Positions 10,321 through 20,829 of a stretch of 64,000 bases of DNA are shown here, in pieces (positions within the stretch are counted from its first letter, which is position 1; each line of letters starts with the position of its first letter). The notes beneath the pieces were generated by a model that saw nothing but the letters and a program-made list of their open reading frames with translations, searched no databases and had not been told where the DNA came from. This stretch comes from an uncultured Nitrososphaerales archaeon (lineage in GTDB: Archaea; Thermoproteota; Nitrososphaeria; Nitrososphaerales; Nitrososphaeraceae): assembly GCA_963695855.1 (NCBI GenBank), contig CAVOHZ010000008.1:224001-288000 (forward strand), written 5' to 3'. The position numbers and the translations under genes are program-made.

Positions 10321-11175
10321 ATGGAACTATCTATTATTTATGATAAACTACGATTTGAAGAAAAAGCTCTCTACGATGATGCAGTAAAGAAAGGAGTTAA
10401 TACTAGATTACTCGATGCAAAATCCGTTTCAATAAGTACTGAATTTAATGATAACCCTTATTTTGGAGATATTTTTCTACAAAGATGTATCAGTCATTTT
10501 AGAGGACTTTATATCACTTCTTGTTTAGAGTTCTTGGGATATCCGGTAATAAACAAGTATGAAGTAAGCGAAATATGTGGAAATAAATTAAGAACATCCC
10601 TAATTTTATCAAAATCCAAAGTAGCTGGTCCAAAAACATATTTTTGCTTTAACTCAGATTCATTTAAAGTTCTGATCGATAAGATAGGTTATCCAATCGT
10701 CTTAAAGCCAATAGTGGGATCTTGGGGACGTGGTGTTTTTCCGGTAAGAAATGAAGAGATTGCAAATATGTTGATAGAAACACGGGAAGAAAACGATTCG
10801 CCATTTTCAAGAATATATTATGTTCAAGAAATGATAAAGAGACCGCCACGTGATATTCGATGTATCGTAGTAGGAGATCAAATCGTAACTGCAATATATC
10901 GTTATTCTGCAGAGAATGAATGGAGAACAAATGTAGCCAGAGGAGGTCATACTGCGCTAGCTCCTGTAACGAATGAGCTTGAGGATATTGTTCTAAATGC
11001 ATCGAAAGCAGTTGGCGGGGGAATACTTGGTGTTGATGTAATGGAAGATAAAACTCGAGGATTTGTAGTTCATGAAATTAATAGCAATGTCGAATTTCGT
11101 GGTGCCTCTCAGGTATCACAATCTAATATAGCAGGTTACATGATTGATTATGTTCTTCAGTTTTCAAAAAAATAA
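10321..11175 (+). CDS. argX: LysW ligase, ATP-grasp RimK/LysX family (probably glutamate-specific ArgX)
   Basis: KPIVGSWGR, WRTNVARGG; EFRGA signature rather than EFKNT. Confidence 0.8.
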   Translation: MELSIIYDKLRFEEKALYDDAVKKGVNTRLLDAKSVSISTEFNDNPYFGDIFLQRCISHFRGLYITSCLEFLGYPVINKYEVSEICGNKLRTSLILSKSKVAGPKTYFCFNSDSFKVLIDKIGYPIVLKPIVGSWGRGVFPVRNEEIANMLIETREENDSPFSRIYYVQEMIKRPPRDIRCIVVGDQIVTAIYRYSAENEWRTNVARGGHTALAPVTNELEDIVLNASKAVGGGILGVDVMEDKTRGFVVHEINSNVEFRGASQVSQSNIAGYMIDYVLQFSKK

Positions 11176-11280
11176 TTCTTACTAGAAGATATCCAAATGT
11201 AATAATGATAAGGATTATTCTTTTACACATATAATAAAATTCATAAGATACAGCAATATTCTGATCTATAGTTTAACATT

Positions 11281-12333
11281 ATGAAGGTAGGAGTCATAGG
11301 AGCATCAGGATATGTTGGTGGCGAGTTAATTAGACTACTTGTAAGTCATCCAAAAGTCGAGCTTAATATGGTGACTTCTCGACAACAAGCAGGAGAATAC
11401 GTACATAGAATTCATCCAAGTCTTAAAGGATTCATTGATCTCACTTTTTCACCAATGGATATTAAAAAAGTTTTAGACTCATGTGATTTGGTCTTTGTAT
11501 CAGTTCCACATGGAAGTGCAAATCAAATAGTGAAAGATCTCTACGATAGCGATGTTAAAATTATAGACCTTTCTGCTGATTTTAGATTAAAAAATCCTAA
11601 AGATTATGTAAAGTGGTATGGATGGGAGCACCCATATCCAGAACTTCTTTCTAAGTCTGTATACGGTGTCCCAGAATTTCATCGCGACGAGATAAAAACT
11701 GCAAAATTGGTTTCGTGTCCAGGATGTATGGCAGTCACTTCTTTACTAGCACTTAAACCCTTAATAGAACATGATCTTATTGACACGAAACATATCGTTG
11801 TTGATAGTAAAATTGGATCTTCTGGGGCAGGAGCTCAAGCTAACGCAGGTACTCACCATGCCATGAGATACGGAGTGATTCGACCATATAAACCAGCAAA
11901 ACATAGGCATACTGGTGAAATAATACAAGAATTAAGTCTTCTAGCAAAAAAAGAGATCAAGATTAGTATGAGTCCTCATGCGGTAAATCTTGTTCGAGGA
12001 ATACTAACTACAAATCATACATTTCTCAATAAGCCCATTGGTGAGTTAGAGCTTTGGAAAGTTTATCGAGAGTTCTACAGTCATGAACCATTTATACGTC
12101 TCATAAAAGATAAGAAAGGACTTTACAAGTTCCCCGATCCGAAATTTTTGATAGGTTCAAACTTTTGTGATATTGGATTTGATATAGATGAAGATAATCA
12201 ACGTGTTGTTGCACTGTCCGCTTCTGATAATTTAATGAAAGGTGCCGCAGGATCTGCAATCCAAAATATGAATGTCATGTATGGATTTGATGAAATGGAT
12301 GGTCTTAAATACACTCCTCTGACTCCAGTATGA
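11281..12333 (+). CDS. lysY: [LysW]-aminoadipate/glutamate phosphate reductase
   Basis: GASGYVGGEL, IIDLSADFRL, PGCMA, DNLMKGAAG (ArgC family). Confidence 0.93.
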   Translation: MKVGVIGASGYVGGELIRLLVSHPKVELNMVTSRQQAGEYVHRIHPSLKGFIDLTFSPMDIKKVLDSCDLVFVSVPHGSANQIVKDLYDSDVKIIDLSADFRLKNPKDYVKWYGWEHPYPELLSKSVYGVPEFHRDEIKTAKLVSCPGCMAVTSLLALKPLIEHDLIDTKHIVVDSKIGSSGAGAQANAGTHHAMRYGVIRPYKPAKHRHTGEIIQELSLLAKKEIKISMSPHAVNLVRGILTTNHTFLNKPIGELELWKVYREFYSHEPFIRLIKDKKGLYKFPDPKFLIGSNFCDIGFDIDEDNQRVVALSASDNLMKGAAGSAIQNMNVMYGFDEMDGLKYTPLTPV

Positions 12334-13130
12334 TAGTTATCAAAATAGGTGGAAGTATAGTAGATGAATTACATCCTTCTACTATTTCTGACATCAAAAG
12401 TCTGCTGGAAAAGGAAAAAATTGTTCTTGTACATGGCGGCGGAAAAGAAGTCACAAATATTGGAAACAAATTAGGCAAGGAACAAAAGTTCATAGTCTCT
12501 CCAGGAGGTGTGAGGAGTAGATATACAGACAAAGAGACTGCAGAGATTTATACGATGGTGATGTCCGGTAAAATAAACAAAGCCATTGTCCAAATGTTAT
12601 TGAATAGCAATATCTGTGCAGTAGGTATTTCTGGAATTGATGGTGCAACCATAAAAGCAGAAAGAAAGAAAAAATTGGTTATTCTTAATGAAATGGGAAG
12701 GAAGATGGCAATCGACGGAGGATATACCGGAAAAATAAAAAATGTAGATCCTGCTTTGATAAAGATATTGTTGTCAAATGGGTTTGTTCCTATCATTTCT
12801 CCGATCGCTTTGAGTGAGGAAACTGAATTTCTAAATGTAGATGGTGATAGGGCTGCGGCATATGTTGCGGGGAGTCTGAGGGCAGATAAAGTTATTTTTA
12901 TTACCAATGTAAATGGTTTAATTTTAGATGATGAGTTAGTGAAAAACATGAATTATACTGAAGCTAAGGCATCACTGCCCAAAATTGGTCATGGAATGGA
13001 AAAGAAAGTTCTTGCTTGTACGGAAGCTATAGAAATGGGTGTAAAAGAAGCGATTATTGCATCGGGCAATGTAGAAAATCCTATATCTGCAGCTCTTTCT
13101 CATGCAAATTGTACGGTGATTAGCAAATGA
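12330..13130 (+). CDS. lysZ: [LysW]-aminoadipate/glutamate kinase
   Basis: VIKIGGS, VHGGG, SRYTD, LNVDGDRAA (ArgB family). Confidence 0.93.
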   Translation: MIVIKIGGSIVDELHPSTISDIKSLLEKEKIVLVHGGGKEVTNIGNKLGKEQKFIVSPGGVRSRYTDKETAEIYTMVMSGKINKAIVQMLLNSNICAVGISGIDGATIKAERKKKLVILNEMGRKMAIDGGYTGKIKNVDPALIKILLSNGFVPIISPIALSEETEFLNVDGDRAAAYVAGSLRADKVIFITNVNGLILDDELVKNMNYTEAKASLPKIGHGMEKKVLACTEAIEMGVKEAIIASGNVENPISAALSHANCTVISK

Positions 13131-14308
13131 ACGGCGAGGATCTTTATGTAGGAAACATCTACCAGAGATTTCCTATCAATATATCGAAGGGGAAAGGCGC
13201 AATAGTCTGGGATACATCTGGCAGAGAATATATTGATTGTATGGGAGGATATGGAGTGGCCTTGGTCGGGCATTGTAATGACAGGGTGGTACAGGCAATT
13301 AAGGACCAAGTAGAAAATTTAATAACTTGTCACATGTCGATTTATAATGATACACGATTAAAATTTCTGCAAAAAATATCCGAAATTTCTCCGAAACAAC
13401 TTTCAAAGTTTTTCTTCAGTAATAGTGGAGCAGAATCCGTAGAAGCAGCAATTAAATTTTCTAGAAAGTATACTGGAAAAAGTGGAATAATTTCTATGAA
13501 TGGTGGATATCATGGAAAAACTTTCGGGGCTTTATCTGTAACATTCAATGAGAAATATAGAAAATCATTCCAGCCCTTACTTGAAGGAGTAAAATTTGTT
13601 CCACCTCATACTCCATCAGTGATCGAGGAGGTATTGGATGAAAGTATCGGAACCGTAATAGTTGAACCAATCCAGGGAGAAACTGGTATCATAGTCCCGG
13701 AAGATGGAATTTTACAAGAAATTAGAGAAATCTGTGACCATAATAATCTAGTATTAATTTTTGATGAGATCCAAACTGGATTAGGTAGGACAGGGGAAAT
13801 GTGGGCTGGACAAAATTGGAAAACTACTCCTGATATTATGTGTCTGGCCAAAGGTATTGCTGGTGGATTGCCTATGGGCTTAACTCTTTGTAAACCTGAG
13901 ATTCTTGATTCCATAAAAATCGGCGAGCATTCATCAACCTTTGCTGGTAATCCACTTGCTTGCTCTGCAGGAATAGCTACAATTGATTCCATCGTAGAAG
14001 ATAAGCTCGTAGAAAATGCTCTTCACATAGGAAGTTTATTTAAAAATGGATTATTAGAACTACAAAAAAAACATAAAATAATTCGAGAGGTAAGAGGATT
14101 AGGATTGATGCTTGCAGTAGAATTACGCTTTGACGTTAGAGATGTCTTGATGGATGGAATAAAAGAAGGACTTCTTATGTTATATTCAGGCAGAAATATA
14201 ATTCGGTTACTTCCTCCTTTAGTCTTAGATGAAGTAAAGGTATTAAAAACCTTGGAAATCATGGATAATATATTGACCAAAGAAGAGGTTAGAAGAAATG
14301 TTAAATAA
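13127..14308 (+). CDS. lysJ: [LysW]-semialdehyde transaminase
   Basis: Class III aminotransferase: NSGAESVE, FDEIQTGLGRTG, LAKGIAGG. Confidence 0.93.
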   Translation: MNGEDLYVGNIYQRFPINISKGKGAIVWDTSGREYIDCMGGYGVALVGHCNDRVVQAIKDQVENLITCHMSIYNDTRLKFLQKISEISPKQLSKFFFSNSGAESVEAAIKFSRKYTGKSGIISMNGGYHGKTFGALSVTFNEKYRKSFQPLLEGVKFVPPHTPSVIEEVLDESIGTVIVEPIQGETGIIVPEDGILQEIREICDHNNLVLIFDEIQTGLGRTGEMWAGQNWKTTPDIMCLAKGIAGGLPMGLTLCKPEILDSIKIGEHSSTFAGNPLACSAGIATIDSIVEDKLVENALHIGSLFKNGLLELQKKHKIIREVRGLGLMLAVELRFDVRDVLMDGIKEGLLMLYSGRNIIRLLPPLVLDEVKVLKTLEIMDNILTKEEVRRNVK

Positions 14309-14723
14309 TATTGATTCTTTTGATGAACAAATTATTCGGATCCTACAAAATGATTCACGTAAATCATTTGTAGAAATAGCTACTTCTGTCGGACTTTCAG
14401 AATCTGCAGTAAGAAGAAGAGTTAAAAATTTAATAGAAAATAAAAAAATAAAAAAATTTACTATTGAAGTAAATCAAAAGGAAGAGACAAGCGCAATAAC
14501 CCTAATTTCAGTCGCTTCTTCATCAGATACTTCTACCGTCACCTCTAGATTGTTGAATCTGGGAGGAGTAAAAGTAGTATACGAGATAACTGGACAATAT
14601 GATATTGCAGCAATAATAAGTGCTTCTACTATTTCCGAAATAAATTCATACATTGATGATGTAAGAAAAATTGTAGGTGTTTCTGATACCAATACAGTGA
14701 TTATCCTAAAAACTATGAAGTAA
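14298..14723 (+). CDS. lysM: Lrp/AsnC-family regulator LysM
   Basis: HTH GLSESAVRRRVKNL and RAM domain YEITGQYDI inside the lys cluster. Confidence 0.85.
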   Translation: MLNNIDSFDEQIIRILQNDSRKSFVEIATSVGLSESAVRRRVKNLIENKKIKKFTIEVNQKEETSAITLISVASSSDTSTVTSRLLNLGGVKVVYEITGQYDIAAIISASTISEINSYIDDVRKIVGVSDTNTVIILKTMK

Positions 14724-14838
14724 TTTTATTTATACACCGAAATTTAGTCTCATCAACGTAGAATGATTTCGCTTTTTTTTAAATCATTTCGTCATAAACA
14801 TTTATATCATATACGAAAGATGTTTTAGGTGCATTACA

Positions 14839-16047
14839 ATGACACTAAAATCGGACGATCCTAACTATTATGCGCACTACTATAATAAAATAGATGAGGG
14901 ACAAAAAAAAATAAAGGTTCTAGATTCGACTCTACGAGAAGGAGAACAACATCCTGGAGTATCTTTTACTAGCAAACAGCGGATTCAAATTGCGTGGATG
15001 TTAGATTCTTTTGGAGTTGATCAAGTAGAAATCAGCCCTGTTGTTTCTCCAGATCATTTTGAAGCAACAAAAATCATAATTAAACAAGGGTTAAAAGCAG
15101 ATATTGTTGCGCATGTTAGGGCAATAAAATCTGATGTGGATACAGCAATTAAAACTAATGCTACTTGGGTAGCGACATATATGGGAATTTCTGATATTCA
15201 TTTAAGTGCTAAATTAAAAATTTCTAGAGAAGAAGCAAAAATGAGAGCAATAGAAGTAGTCGAATATATAAAATCCCATGGATTAAAATCTCGATTTACA
15301 ATGGAGGATGCGAGTAGAACTGAACCATCATTTCTATTAGAAATGTGCAAAGAAATTAATGGACTGGGCGTTGAAAGAATAAGTATCCCTGATACTGTTG
15401 GAATTATGAGACCAAATGGTATGTATAATTTGGTGAAAATGGTTTATGATAATATCGATAAATCCAAGAGCTCACTTGATGTTCATTGTCACAATGATGT
15501 TGGATTGGCACTAGCAAATGCATTGGCTGGATGTGAAGCTGGTGCAGATCAGATTCACACAACAATAGATGGATTCGGAGAAAGAACCGGAATACCTTCT
15601 CTTGCTGAAACTTCTATAGCTTTAAATCTCATTTACAAATCTAGCAATAATTTTAGGTTACATATGTTGAAAGATTTATCAAAAACAATATCTCAATATA
15701 CAGGTCTCGACATTCCAGAATCTACACCGATCGTAGGTGATAGTGCTTATAAGCACAAAGCAGGAACACATCTTGCCGCCATTCTTCGAAATCCTTCTGC
15801 TTATGAGATAATTGAACCAAAACTTGTAGGAAATAGAAGAAAAATCGTTTTTGGCGAGCTAGCAGGTAAAAACGGAGCAGCTTACCTTTTATCGTTATTG
15901 GGTCTGGAAACGAGCAAACATGAGGCTGAAACTCTCGCCCGTGGATTAAAGGAACTTAGGATGGGTGACGTTTTAGAATTGTTTCTGGATGAACGTCTAG
16001 AAAGAAAAATTCTTAATGAAGGATCGCCAAATGTGATAAAGGAGTAA
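14839..16047 (+). CDS. homocitrate synthase (LeuA/DRE-TIM family)
   Basis: LDSTLREGEQ, HCHNDVGLA, GFGERTG, HKAGTH; lys cluster context. Confidence 0.85.
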   Translation: MTLKSDDPNYYAHYYNKIDEGQKKIKVLDSTLREGEQHPGVSFTSKQRIQIAWMLDSFGVDQVEISPVVSPDHFEATKIIIKQGLKADIVAHVRAIKSDVDTAIKTNATWVATYMGISDIHLSAKLKISREEAKMRAIEVVEYIKSHGLKSRFTMEDASRTEPSFLLEMCKEINGLGVERISIPDTVGIMRPNGMYNLVKMVYDNIDKSKSSLDVHCHNDVGLALANALAGCEAGADQIHTTIDGFGERTGIPSLAETSIALNLIYKSSNNFRLHMLKDLSKTISQYTGLDIPESTPIVGDSAYKHKAGTHLAAILRNPSAYEIIEPKLVGNRRKIVFGELAGKNGAAYLLSLLGLETSKHEAETLARGLKELRMGDVLELFLDERLERKILNEGSPNVIKE

Positions 16048-16053
16048 AAGAAT

Positions 16054-16221
16054 ATGGTCAAATGTAAAGAATGTGATGCAGAAATAAGAATCCCCGACGA
16101 TTCAATTGAAGGCGAAATAGTTGCCTGTCCAGATTGTGGTTCAAGCTATGAACTAGTCAAGGGAGCAGATGGATTCAGTATTAAGCCATCTCAAGTAGTT
16201 GGCGAGGACTGGGGACAGTGA
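16054..16221 (+). CDS. lysW: second LysW paralogue (55 aa) ending EDWGQ (not in ORF track)
   Basis: Hand translation MVKCKECDAEIRIPDDSIEGEIVACPDCGSSYELVKGADGFSIKPSQVVGEDWGQ; TGA overlaps the GTG of lysX. Confidence 0.92.
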   Translation: MVKCKECDAEIRIPDDSIEGEIVACPDCGSSYELVKGADGFSIKPSQVVGEDWGQ

Positions 16222-17078
16222 CTGAGAGAAAGAACACAACCTCCCTCACTCTTCTTTATGATAATATACGTTGGGAAGAAAAAGCTATCTACGAATCTGC
16301 TAGAAAAAGAGGAATTGAGATAACGAATGTTAATTGTAAAGATCTAATTTTGGAACTAGACGGTCCTAGCTATTCTGATAAAATAATTATACAAAGATGT
16401 GTTAGTTATTTCAAAAGCCTTCATTCTACTGCTGCACTGGAAGGTTTGGGAGCTCGTGTTATTAATCCACTTAATACTTCTATTGTTTGTGGTAATAAAT
16501 TATTTACACATATGAAATTGAAAGACGCTGGAATAAAAACTCCCAAAGTTATAACAACTTTTTCATATGATGCAGCACTTTCTGCTCTTGATATTTTTGG
16601 ATATCCGACCATAATTAAACCTACAATTGGAAGTTGGGGAAGATTAATTGCGTTACTAAAAGACAAAGATGCAGCGAAGGCCGTAATTGAAGATAGACAA
16701 CATATGTTTCCACTTTATCAAATATATTATTTTGAGGAATTTGTTGATAGACCGCCTAGAGATATAAGAGCAATAGTAATAGGCGATACAGTAGTAGCTG
16801 CTATATATCGTTATTCGGAAAATAGCGAATGGAAAACCAATATGGCTTTAGGAGGCAGAGCAGAATCATGTCCAATTACAAAAGAGCTCGAAGATATATG
16901 TATAAAATCTACACAAGCAGTAGGTGGAAAAATAGTTGGAGTAGATCTTATGGAAAGTTCACGAGAAGGTTTATTGGTTCACGAAGTTAATAATACAACA
17001 GAGTTTAAAAATACTGTCAGAGTAACAGGAGTACCAATTCAAGATATGATAGTCGATTACTCTTTGCAATACAACTAA
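16218..17078 (+). CDS. lysX: alpha-aminoadipate--LysW ligase
   Basis: KPTIGSWGRL, AIYR, WKTNMALGG, EVNNTTEFKNT. Confidence 0.88.
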   Translation: MTERKNTTSLTLLYDNIRWEEKAIYESARKRGIEITNVNCKDLILELDGPSYSDKIIIQRCVSYFKSLHSTAALEGLGARVINPLNTSIVCGNKLFTHMKLKDAGIKTPKVITTFSYDAALSALDIFGYPTIIKPTIGSWGRLIALLKDKDAAKAVIEDRQHMFPLYQIYYFEEFVDRPPRDIRAIVIGDTVVAAIYRYSENSEWKTNMALGGRAESCPITKELEDICIKSTQAVGGKIVGVDLMESSREGLLVHEVNNTTEFKNTVRVTGVPIQDMIVDYSLQYN

Positions 17079-17092
17079 TATTATTATTAAAA

Positions 17093-18208
17093 TTGGTCTC
17101 ACCTAATTATGCTGTGGAGCTCTTAAAAAGATCAATAGAGTTCTATACACCCTCAAGATCTGAATCTCAATTAGCTAATATGCTTAAGGAAAAATGTATT
17201 GAGGATCTGGGATTTGAACAAGCTCAGATAGATAGTGTAGGAAATGTTATAGCTACAAAGGGATTAGGATATCCTAGGATTCTTCTTTGTGGACATATGG
17301 ATACAGTTCCAAATAAAGTGCCTATCAGAATAGAAGATGGTTTATTGTATGGTCGTGGTGCCTCAGATGCTAAAGCATCTTTAATCGCCATGCTCTTAGC
17401 AGCTTCGGAATTTCCTAAACAAAACGGAACTATTATTTTCGCAGGTGTAGTAGATGAAGAAGGAAGCGCTACTGGTAGCAAACAACTTGTTAAAAATAAT
17501 ATAGAGGTTGATTATGCCATTTTTGGTGAGCCGAGTGGCATCGAGAACATAACGATATCGTATAAAGGTAGATTAGCAATTAAACTAATTTGCGATGTCC
17601 TCCAAAGTGCTCATGCAAGTGCCCCTTGGCTCGCAAAAAATTCGATTGAAGAATCTTACGAGTTCTGGCAGGCCATAAAAAAGGAAATTAACAAAACAAA
17701 CAATAGTGAAAAAAAAACTAGTTCAATAAGTTGCAGTCTGACGGAAATAACTGGAGGGTCGAGTCATAATGTTACTCCTCAAAAATGTAAGCTTACCATG
17801 GACATACGAATTCCTACTACAAATACATGCCAACAAGTATTAGACATGATCGATAAAGTAATTTCTAATATATCTAGTCAAAAAGGAATAAAATCCAATT
17901 ATATAATCGAAGATTTTACAGATCCATTTGAAGCAGATCATTCATCTCCATTGGTAAGGTCTCTATTTCTTGCAATACTGGATGTCTGTAAAAAACGACC
18001 GAATTTATTACGAAAAACTGGTACTGGTGACATGAATATTATTGGTAATGCGCTTAAAATACCAGTAGTTACTTATGGGCCGGGAGATCCTCATTCCTCT
18101 CATAGTGTAGACGAGCATGTTGATATCCAGGAATATATTACCGGAATAGAGGTCTTTAAAAGATCGCTTTTTCATATGTCTAGGTTACACAATTATCAAA
18201 GAAAATAA
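17093..18208 (+). CDS. lysK: [LysW]-lysine/ornithine hydrolase (M20 family)
   Basis: CGHMDTVP, GRGASDAK, DEEG, KTGTGDMN, YGPGD. Confidence 0.92.
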   Translation: MVSPNYAVELLKRSIEFYTPSRSESQLANMLKEKCIEDLGFEQAQIDSVGNVIATKGLGYPRILLCGHMDTVPNKVPIRIEDGLLYGRGASDAKASLIAMLLAASEFPKQNGTIIFAGVVDEEGSATGSKQLVKNNIEVDYAIFGEPSGIENITISYKGRLAIKLICDVLQSAHASAPWLAKNSIEESYEFWQAIKKEINKTNNSEKKTSSISCSLTEITGGSSHNVTPQKCKLTMDIRIPTTNTCQQVLDMIDKVISNISSQKGIKSNYIIEDFTDPFEADHSSPLVRSLFLAILDVCKKRPNLLRKTGTGDMNIIGNALKIPVVTYGPGDPHSSHSVDEHVDIQEYITGIEVFKRSLFHMSRLHNYQRK

Positions 18209-18239
18209 TCCAAACTTACTATACGCCAAAGATAATAGG

Positions 18240-19361
18240 GTGATCTTATCTATTTTTAATAACATGTTATACTTTGTTGGAATAGGAATAGACGGTTGTA
18301 ACAGTATAAGTTTAAATGCTATAGAAATTATGAAAGATTGTCAGATAATTTATATTGAAAGATTTACAAGTTACATAAGTAAAAAAGAAATAGAAAAACT
18401 CGCTCAACTTATAGACCCCAAAAAGAAAAAAAAAATTAATTTAGTGCAACGTTGGTTTATTGAGGATGGAAAAGAGATACTTTCCAAATCTAAAAATGCA
18501 ATTGTTGCAATACTAACTTATGGTGACCCATTTATGGCAACAACAATGAATGAATTACTGATTAGAGCTAAAAGGAATTTAATTGAAACACGTATTGTTC
18601 ACGGCTCTTCTGGACTTTTTTCTTTCATGGGGGAAAGTGGCCTTCATAACTATAAATTCGGTCGTACCACTACAATAATGTCAGATCCTCAATCTGCAAT
18701 AAGTGTCTATAATATTATTTTTGAAAATCTAAAAGTAGGAAATCATACCTTGATATTAACTGAATATAATAATAAGGATGACAAAGATTTTTTCTTTCTA
18801 AATCCCCAATTAGCTCTTGAAATGTTAGTGGAAGTTGAAAAAGATCTAAAATATGGAATTATATCAGAAGAAACTTTTATTATAGTTGGATCAAGAATTG
18901 GAACGAATTCTCAAAAAATTCAATCAGGAAAGATTCATTCTTTTGAGAATATGGATTTTGGTGAAGGACCTCATTCTATAATCATTCCCGGACAACTTCA
19001 CTTTACTGAAATTGATTCTATAACATCCCTTTATGAAAATTTTGACAATCCATCTGATAATACAAAACTATTCCAACACCTTGCCGTATCAATGGTTAAC
19101 AGATATCTCCCAAAAGCTAAAGAAGCGCTAAAAACAATGAAGTCATTTCTAGATAAAGAAAATAGTTTCTCTAATAATAACAATAAACCTGATAATAAGG
19201 GTATGTACAATGTACTAGAAAACGCTGAATATTACTTGCTTGATTCAGAGAGATTTCTTAATCAGAATAAGTATGAATTAGCCGTCTTAAGCATTGGTTA
19301 TGCAGAAGGATTAATAGATTCATTACGATTTCAGAAAGATATCAATCCATGGTTACCTTAA
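18240..19361 (+). CDS. dph5: diphthine synthase with C-terminal DUF357-like domain
   Basis: GDPFMATT, SGLHNYKFGRTTT, LHFTE; C-terminal AVLSIGYAEGLIDSLR. Confidence 0.9.
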   Translation: MILSIFNNMLYFVGIGIDGCNSISLNAIEIMKDCQIIYIERFTSYISKKEIEKLAQLIDPKKKKKINLVQRWFIEDGKEILSKSKNAIVAILTYGDPFMATTMNELLIRAKRNLIETRIVHGSSGLFSFMGESGLHNYKFGRTTTIMSDPQSAISVYNIIFENLKVGNHTLILTEYNNKDDKDFFFLNPQLALEMLVEVEKDLKYGIISEETFIIVGSRIGTNSQKIQSGKIHSFENMDFGEGPHSIIIPGQLHFTEIDSITSLYENFDNPSDNTKLFQHLAVSMVNRYLPKAKEALKTMKSFLDKENSFSNNNNKPDNKGMYNVLENAEYYLLDSERFLNQNKYELAVLSIGYAEGLIDSLRFQKDINPWLP

Positions 19362-19458
19362 TTTTATACCTCATTTTTTTAAAGATTTTTTTTATATTCT
19401 GATGATAAGAACTATTATTATAATAGGAGATGTTTATTTCTCTGGGTGACTATTATTA

Positions 19459-20829
19459 TTGAGCAAAAATAATCAAGCTTTTAAAATACCAGATGAACTA
19501 TTACTTTTTCTTAAAAATGAAACTTATTCGTTATTAATAAAAGGTGAACCTGGTATCGGTAAAACAGCATTATGTCTTGCTATTTTAAGGGAATTGAATA
19601 TTAAAAATAATTTCTTTTACATATCTACTAGAGTTTCTCCAAATAAATTATTTTATTACTTTAAATGGGTAAATAAATACCTTAAAATCAAATCTTCCAA
19701 TCTACATAATAAATCTTCTAAAACTGAAACTACGTTTGGACCATTTTTCGAAGATGCTCGACTGGATGAACCAGAATCTCTATTTGAACGAATTACAAAT
19801 CAACTTATGGACGTACGTGCTCCCTTAATTATTGTCGACAGTTGGGATGGTGTGGCATCTTTTATGGATAGAGAATCCAGATTAAACAACGAACGAGTAT
19901 TACAGACTTGGTTAGAAAGAGCGGGGGGTCGCCTAATATTAGTCGGAGAAGGAACAGCTACATCCACATTGGATTATTTAGTTGATGGGGTCGTGATATT
20001 AAGGAACAAAAATTATTACGGACGAGATCTCAGAGAAATATCTTTAAATAAGTTAAGAGGAGTAAATGTAATAAAAAATTCTTATTTATTCACGCTACAT
20101 GAAGGTATTTTTAAGACATTTGAATCTTATAGAGATCCCTATTCACCGTCGATCCAAATTTCTGAATCTGATTTAGATAAGTCCTCAAATTTGTCTATTG
20201 CTAAGAAATTTAGTTCTGGATATGACATTATCGACAGAGATTTTAATGGTGGTTTTTTAGATAAGTCTGTAGTCCTGATTGAATATGATCCTAGAATTGG
20301 AATTAATGCCGCTATTATTTTTTTATCACAATTTATTAGTGAATCGATGAAAAAATTATACTCCATATTTTTAGACTATAGTTTGAAAAATTCATATAGT
20401 TTATTATTAAATCAGATAATTAAAAATCATGATGATGATTTGATCAGATATATTAATTTCTATAAAAAATCTAGAAATAATTCTGAAAATGATCAGTATG
20501 CTGCAGAAAATATGCAGTCGTATGATTTTATTGATGAGATAGGGAAATTTAAATCACAATCTCCTGCATTTAGTATTATAGATATAGACGGGGATCAAAA
20601 AATAGACCTTGCAGCATTAGAAAGTCTAAAGAATCATATGAATATTGTATTTATGATAAAAACGTTTGATGTTTCAAATAAATATTCTGGTCTAATATTT
20701 CCTGATTTCCATTTTCAACTTGTCTTAATTAATGATGTACTTTGTGTTAATTTACTTCATCCTTTATCAAAAATGTATGTGCTGGAGGTAAACAAAGAAA
20801 AAAATAATGTAAAGTTAATTGAGATTTGA
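19459..20829 (+). CDS. RAD55/KaiC-like ATPase (GvpD-type P-loop domain)
   Basis: GEPGIGKT, IVDSWD, LDYLVDGVV, KLRG; degenerate second domain. Confidence 0.8.
   Translation: MSKNNQAFKIPDELLLFLKNETYSLLIKGEPGIGKTALCLAILRELNIKNNFFYISTRVSPNKLFYYFKWVNKYLKIKSSNLHNKSSKTETTFGPFFEDARLDEPESLFERITNQLMDVRAPLIIVDSWDGVASFMDRESRLNNERVLQTWLERAGGRLILVGEGTATSTLDYLVDGVVILRNKNYYGRDLREISLNKLRGVNVIKNSYLFTLHEGIFKTFESYRDPYSPSIQISESDLDKSSNLSIAKKFSSGYDIIDRDFNGGFLDKSVVLIEYDPRIGINAAIIFLSQFISESMKKLYSIFLDYSLKNSYSLLLNQIIKNHDDDLIRYINFYKKSRNNSENDQYAAENMQSYDFIDEIGKFKSQSPAFSIIDIDGDQKIDLAALESLKNHMNIVFMIKTFDVSNKYSGLIFPDFHFQLVLINDVLCVNLLHPLSKMYVLEVNKEKNNVKLIEI

Noticed and set aside
9287-17481. Minus-strand ORFs within the arg/lys cluster
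   Set aside because: Antisense to well-supported genes; no motifs
18240-19361. Dph5 C-terminal extension as a novel fusion
   Set aside because: Looks like the Dph5-DUF357 arrangement I recall as usual for this lineage
19459-20829. Gas vesicle system
   Set aside because: Only a GvpD-like ATPase; no gvpA or other gvp genes in the window
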